This document shows positions 55,800 to 59,722 of a DNA stretch of 59,722 nucleotides, one piece after another; position 1 is the first letter of the stretch; the number at the start of each line of letters is the position of its first letter. The stretch is from Ketobacteraceae bacterium. GTDB taxonomy: Bacteria > Pseudomonadota > Gammaproteobacteria > Pseudomonadales > Ketobacteraceae. The position numbers and the translations under genes are program-made. A model generated the notes under the pieces. It did no database searches and was not told the DNA's origin. It worked only from the letters and a program-made list of their open reading frames with translations. The stretch covers positions 1-59,722 of the forward strand of contig JAWVYU010000001.1 in the NCBI GenBank assembly GCA_033722575.1, given 5' to 3'.

Positions 55800-57473
55800 T
55801 TATACCAGTCTCTTCCGCTCGTTGGAAGGTGGTATGTTCATGGCCTCGCGGTACTTGGCAATGGTGCGTCGTGCGACTTTAATATCCTGTTCTTCCAGCA
55901 GTTTCGCGATCTTGCTGTCGCTGAGAGGCTTTTTGGGCTCTTCACCGGCAATGAGCTTCTTGATCATGGCGCGAATCGCAGTAGACGAGCATTCTCCGCC
56001 AGATCCTGTGCTGACGTGGCTGGAGAAAAAGTACTTCAATTCGAAAATCCCGCGCGGGGTGTGCATGTATTTCTGGGTGGTAACCCGGGAGATGGTTGAT
56101 TCATGCATTTCCACGGCTTCGGCAATGTCATGTAACACCAGCGGTTTCATGGCTTCCTCGCCCTGTTCGAAAAACTCGATCTGGTATTCCACAATTTTTG
56201 TGGCCACCTTCAGCAGGGTTTCGTTGCGGCTCATCAGGCTCTTGATAAACCAGCGGGCTTCCTGGAGGTTGTTTTTGAGGAAGGTGTTATCGCTGCTGGA
56301 ATCGGCCCGCTGAATCAGGGAGGCATAACTGTTGTTCACTTTCAGCCGCGGAGTGGCTTCCGGGTTAAGCTCCACTTTCCAGCGCCCCTTGTCCTTGGTC
56401 ACAATTACGTCAGGCACCACATATTCGGTGCGATCAGCATCCACGCTGGATCCCGGGTAGGGGTTCAGGGTCTGGATCAGTTTGATGGCTTCCTTGAGCT
56501 GGGATTCGCTCAGCTTGCCCTTGCGCATGATGGACGTAAAATCCCGGGATCCCAGCTGTTCAATAAACTGGTCCACTACCTTGATGGCTTCAGTGCGATA
56601 GGGCGTGTCATCGGGCAGCTGACGCAGCTGTATCAGCAGGCATTCTCTTAAATCCCGCGCGCCCACACCGGGTGGGTCGAATTGCTGAATCCGGCGGAGC
56701 ACGGCGCTCACTTCCTCTACAGAAATGTCGTGCCAGTCAGCGTCGGGATCGAAGGATTCCGCACCAGTCTCTTCGTGGGCACCCAGCGCCTGCTGGGGAT
56801 CAATGCCCATGGCCCTGAGAGCCTCATCCTGATTCCGGAACAGGTCCTCAACAATTTCTGACTGGGCCAGCAGGCTTTCCCGGATATCTTCCACCGGGGT
56901 CATCAGGTAACCCCGCTCATCAATGGACTCGATAATGGCGATGGCAATGGCGTTGTCCATGGGGGACATGGGGGTCAGATTCAGTTGCCACATCAGCTGG
57001 TCATAAAGGGTTTCCTGGGAGCTGTTCCTGCCTTCCAGGTCATAGTCGTCTTCCTCTGCCCCGCGGGCAGAGGGCGTGTAAGCGGTTTCCTGATAAAGAT
57101 CATCCCAGTTACTGTCCACCGGAAGGTCGTCCGGCAGGTCCTGGCGATTCGATAGATCCACTGAATCGTCTTCGCTGGATTTGGTCTGCAGGTCTGAGCT
57201 GGTGCTGTCGTTACCCGAGGAGAAGTCCACCACCTGATCGTTGTAGCTGTCGTCTTTGCTGTCCTTGTCTCCGGATTCCGCTTTTTCCTGATCGTTGCTG
57301 TTGCCCTCTGACTCGGGATTATCGTCAACCTCCAGCATGGGGTTTGCATCCAGCGCTTCCTGGACTTCGGACTGCAGATCCAGCGACGACAGCTGTAACA
57401 GGCGAATGGCCTGCTGCAGCTGGGGTGTCATCGTCAGGTGTTGACCGATTTTAAGCTGTAAGGTTGGTTTCAT
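55800..57473 (-). CDS. rpoN: RNA polymerase sigma-54 factor
   Basis: 557-aa ORF. Region [30 protein letters not shown] and the RpoN box [14 protein letters not shown]. Region II is unusually long and acidic. Confidence 0.97.
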   Translation of the reverse strand: MKPTLQLKIGQHLTMTPQLQQAIRLLQLSSLDLQSEVQEALDANPMLEVDDNPESEGNSNDQEKAESGDKDSKDDSYNDQVVDFSSGNDSTSSDLQTKSSEDDSVDLSNRQDLPDDLPVDSNWDDLYQETAYTPSARGAEEDDYDLEGRNSSQETLYDQLMWQLNLTPMSPMDNAIAIAIIESIDERGYLMTPVEDIRESLLAQSEIVEDLFRNQDEALRAMGIDPQQALGAHEETGAESFDPDADWHDISVEEVSAVLRRIQQFDPPGVGARDLRECLLIQLRQLPDDTPYRTEAIKVVDQFIEQLGSRDFTSIMRKGKLSESQLKEAIKLIQTLNPYPGSSVDADRTEYVVPDVIVTKDKGRWKVELNPEATPRLKVNNSYASLIQRADSSSDNTFLKNNLQEARWFIKSLMSRNETLLKVATKIVEYQIEFFEQGEEAMKPLVLHDIAEAVEMHESTISRVTTQKYMHTPRGIFELKYFFSSHVSTGSGGECSSTAIRAMIKKLIAGEEPKKPLSDSKIAKLLEEQDIKVARRTIAKYREAMNIPPSNERKRLV

Positions 57474-57717
57474 GGAGTCCTTAGTTCGCTCTCAGATGGT
57501 GAAACTAGCGTTAATCTACCTGTATTGCACCTGGCAAACCTTGATTTGTGCCAGGGTGACAACCATCCGTACTGGCTTTGCGTGCTGTCCGATTCATTAG
57601 CTATATCAAACAGTTATAAGCTTTTTCTGGTCGGGCTCAGATCTTCCATTCTATTGCGAGTGGCGCAGTAAAGCAATTTACATGCCTTAAATTTATTATA
57701 GGTAAAATTTGGTGGGA

Positions 57718-58443
57718 TCAAAGCTTAAATTGATGCCCCAGATAGACTTCCCTGACCTTGTCGTTTTCCAGAATCTGTGCTGAGGTGCCCTCTGCGATGA
57801 TGTGGCCTTCGCTGACGATATAGGCTTTTTCGCAGATATCCAGAGTGTCCCGCACATTGTGGTCGGTAATCAGAACGCCCAGGCCGCGGTTCTTCAGATG
57901 GGTAATGATTTGCTTGATATCATTTACTGAAATGGGATCCACACCGGCAAAAGGCTCATCCAGCAGAATAAAAGCGGGATCGGTGGCCAGCGCGCGGGCT
58001 ATCTCCACCCGGCGGCGCTCCCCACCGGATAATGCCATACCCAGGGAATCGGCAAGGTGGGTCACATGAAATTCGCTCAACAGTTCTTCGAGCTTTTCCT
58101 TACGTTGCTTGCGTGACAGGTTTTTCCGGGTTTCCAGTATGGCCATGATGTTTTCTTTCACTTTCAGTTTGCGAAAGATGGAAGCTTCCTGGGGCAGGTA
58201 ACCGATACCCTGGCTGGCCCGGCCATGCATGGGGAGGTGGGTGATATCCCTGTCGTCGATGGACACAGTGCCTTTATCCTGGGGAATAATACCCACAATC
58301 ATGTAAAAACAGGTGGTTTTGCCAGCACCATTGGGGCCCAGCAGACCAACGATCTGGCCGCTGTCGATGGCGACGGAAACATCCTCCACCACACGACGGG
58401 TTTTATAGCTTTTGGCAAGGTGGGATGCGGTTAATCTACTCAT
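57718..58443 (-). CDS. lptB: LPS export ABC transporter ATPase LptB
   Basis: 241-aa ORF with Walker [10 protein letters not shown] and the signature [15 protein letters not shown]. Confidence 0.95.
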   Translation of the reverse strand: MSRLTASHLAKSYKTRRVVEDVSVAIDSGQIVGLLGPNGAGKTTCFYMIVGIIPQDKGTVSIDDRDITHLPMHGRASQGIGYLPQEASIFRKLKVKENIMAILETRKNLSRKQRKEKLEELLSEFHVTHLADSLGMALSGGERRRVEIARALATDPAFILLDEPFAGVDPISVNDIKQIITHLKNRGLGVLITDHNVRDTLDICEKAYIVSEGHIIAEGTSAQILENDKVREVYLGHQFKL

Positions 58444-59107
58444 CGGACTGTTGGGTATCTACCGTGTTGGGGACTTCAGGAATTTCAGGACCATCAGCTG
58501 GGGCTGTTTCGGATGGTGGAGTGCTGTTGGGGTTTTCCTCTGCGGGGGTGTCGCCTGTTTGTGGTTGCAGAATCATCTTGACGCGGCCGGGCTGCTGTTC
58601 GCCGGTGCCTTCACCGGCGGTGAGCGTTTTGCCTCTGGCCTGCAGTTTCTGCTGGCTGATATCGTATTCAATGACATTGCCTTCAAACAGATTGTCGTTC
58701 TGCACCACCCGGGCATTTTCAATCAGGATGATTTTCTCGTTAACCACATAGTACTCTACGGTGTTTGCCTGGGCTTCGATGGGCTTTTCATCAGGGTTGG
58801 GGATCTGCTCAAAACGGGCCAGGTTGCCGGTGGCGATGACTTTTTCCACCTTGCCCTGTTTTCCCGCCTCAATGGTGAGCTGATCAGCCTGTATTTTCAG
58901 AGTACCCTGGGTCAGTATCACGTTACCCCGGTAGGTGGCTTTGCCGGCTTTGTCATCCAGCACGGCGCTGTCGGCAGACACGTCGATGGGCTTGAATCTG
59001 TCGCTGTCCAGGGCCCAGGACCAGGGGCACAGGCTGGTGCCCAGCACGCCGGCCATCAGGATCAGCTGTCTGATGAACTTATTCCGGTTGGGTGTTCGCG
59101 GGTACAT
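58436..59107 (-). CDS. lptA: LPS transport periplasmic protein LptA
   Basis: 223-aa ORF with a signal peptide and an OstA-like beta-jellyroll sequence. Has a Pro/Glu-rich C-terminal tail. Lies between lptC and lptB. Confidence 0.8.
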   Translation of the reverse strand: MYPRTPNRNKFIRQLILMAGVLGTSLCPWSWALDSDRFKPIDVSADSAVLDDKAGKATYRGNVILTQGTLKIQADQLTIEAGKQGKVEKVIATGNLARFEQIPNPDEKPIEAQANTVEYYVVNEKIILIENARVVQNDNLFEGNVIEYDISQQKLQARGKTLTAGEGTGEQQPGRVKMILQPQTGDTPAEENPNSTPPSETAPADGPEIPEVPNTVDTQQSDE

Positions 59108-59687
59108 ATTGGCTTCTTACCTGTGAGAGGAGTTGTACTTTTCCTGCCGCAATATCAATGTTAAGGCCGGTGGCCGTGGTCACATGCCGGGCCTGTTCCA
59201 CGGTGACCGCTTCCTTGGTGGAGGCCACTTCCTGGTTGGGCTTTATGATCAGGGATCTGGTATTGAATTTCAAAGTGTCGGCATTTTTAAGGGGTTTGAC
59301 CACCTCCACGTTGCCGGAAAGGGTCAGGGTTTCACCGTCATCAATAATGAGACCTGTGGCGGCGCGGGCTTCCCAGTCGGTGGTTTCCTCCGGCGGGGCG
59401 TCGATAGCGGAGCTGTCCCGGTAAAACATGATGTGGGGTTTCATCATTTCGGCGGTGGAATGGCGGGAATAGTGGGTTACCTTGTCGGCCCGCAGATGAT
59501 ACTGGCGAATACCGGTCTCTGAGAACGTGGTCTGCGCAAAGCCGGACACGATGGATTCGGGTGCCCACTTCCGGGCGCCTTCCTGATGGCCACGGGGCAG
59601 GATGGAGGTACCGTCATACCAATGGATTCCAGCGGCAATCACAGCCAGTAAAAGGGTGCCCAGCAGTATCAGGCGGCGTTGGTCCAC
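59079..59687 (-). CDS. lptC: LPS export system protein LptC
   Basis: 202-aa ORF with a single N-terminal TM anchor (LILLGTLLLAVIAAGI). Position upstream of lptA. Confidence 0.75.
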   Translation of the reverse strand: MDQRRLILLGTLLLAVIAAGIHWYDGTSILPRGHQEGARKWAPESIVSGFAQTTFSETGIRQYHLRADKVTHYSRHSTAEMMKPHIMFYRDSSAIDAPPEETTDWEARAATGLIIDDGETLTLSGNVEVVKPLKNADTLKFNTRSLIIKPNQEVASTKEAVTVEQARHVTTATGLNIDIAAGKVQLLSQVRSQYVPANTQPE

Positions 59688-59698
59688 AGGTGCTCCGT

Positions 59699-59722
59699 TC
59701 AGTTCATGCAGCTGTTGTGATA
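59699..59722 (-). CDS. 3' end of a truncated upstream gene (kdsC is possible from the conserved kdsC-lptC order only)
   Basis: Seven codons plus a stop (..YHNSCMN*) at the window edge. Too short to identify. Confidence 0.25.
   Translation of the reverse strand, partial: YHNSCMN

Noticed and set aside
57530-57555. 7-bp hairpin (CCTGGCA/TGCCAGG, 12-nt loop) in the 244-nt lptB-rpoN spacer.
   Set aside because: It has no U-tract on the transcribed (minus) strand, and short stems like this are expected by chance. The spacer probably just holds the rpoN promoter.

Overview
This is a 59.7-kb chromosomal window from a gammaproteobacterium. Gene order and protein sequences look Pseudomonadales/Marinobacter-like, but that is a guess. 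Hand-counted 60-nt coding lines give roughly 52-58% GC. Most of the window is conserved housekeeping: hemA-prfA-prmC-moeB; gatCAB divergent from mreBCD-maf-rng-yhdP-nit-tldD; yjgA/pmbA; sodB; mgtE; and ptsO-rapZ-ptsN-hpf-rpoN-lptB-lptA-lptC. I recognised no rRNA, tRNA, CRISPR array, transposase, integrase or phage genes.

There are two accessory stretches.

(1) 4.1-12.6 kb holds an exported hypothetical protein, a tandem-wHTH Lrp/NirD-like protein, an OYE flavoenzyme, an AraC regulator, a bacterial voltage-gated cation channel with a Ca-channel-like filter (TFEDWTD), an SDR behind a promoter overlapped by an orphan palindromic operator, and a MASE1-PAS hybrid kinase.

(2) 29.6-51.3 kb lies between pmbA and sodB. 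It holds a GGDEF-EAL sensor, a PhzF-like isomerase and the most interesting object in the window: a compact 12-gene locus at 33.5-51.3 kb, arranged as two divergent, translationally coupled operons around a 568-bp gap that is about 30% GC over the 300 nt counted.
- One arm: unknown 265-aa protein, GH3 adenylating acyl-acid amido ligase, Rieske oxygenase, unknown 376-aa protein, membrane fatty-acid desaturase, RnfD-like/FG-GAP CRTAC1-type fusion.
- Other arm: ICMT-type membrane carboxyl methyltransferase, P450, amidase, LolA-like periplasmic protein, two tandem COG1033/MMPL-type RND exporters.

I interpret this locus as a candidate undescribed system that makes, modifies and exports a lipid-like acyl-amido metabolite. 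That reading is inference only.

Smaller observations: a probable non-canonical (ATA/ATT) start for mreC, a hairpin attenuator between mreB and mreC, structured leader hairpins in front of the methyltransferase operon, and several palindromic operator-like sites.
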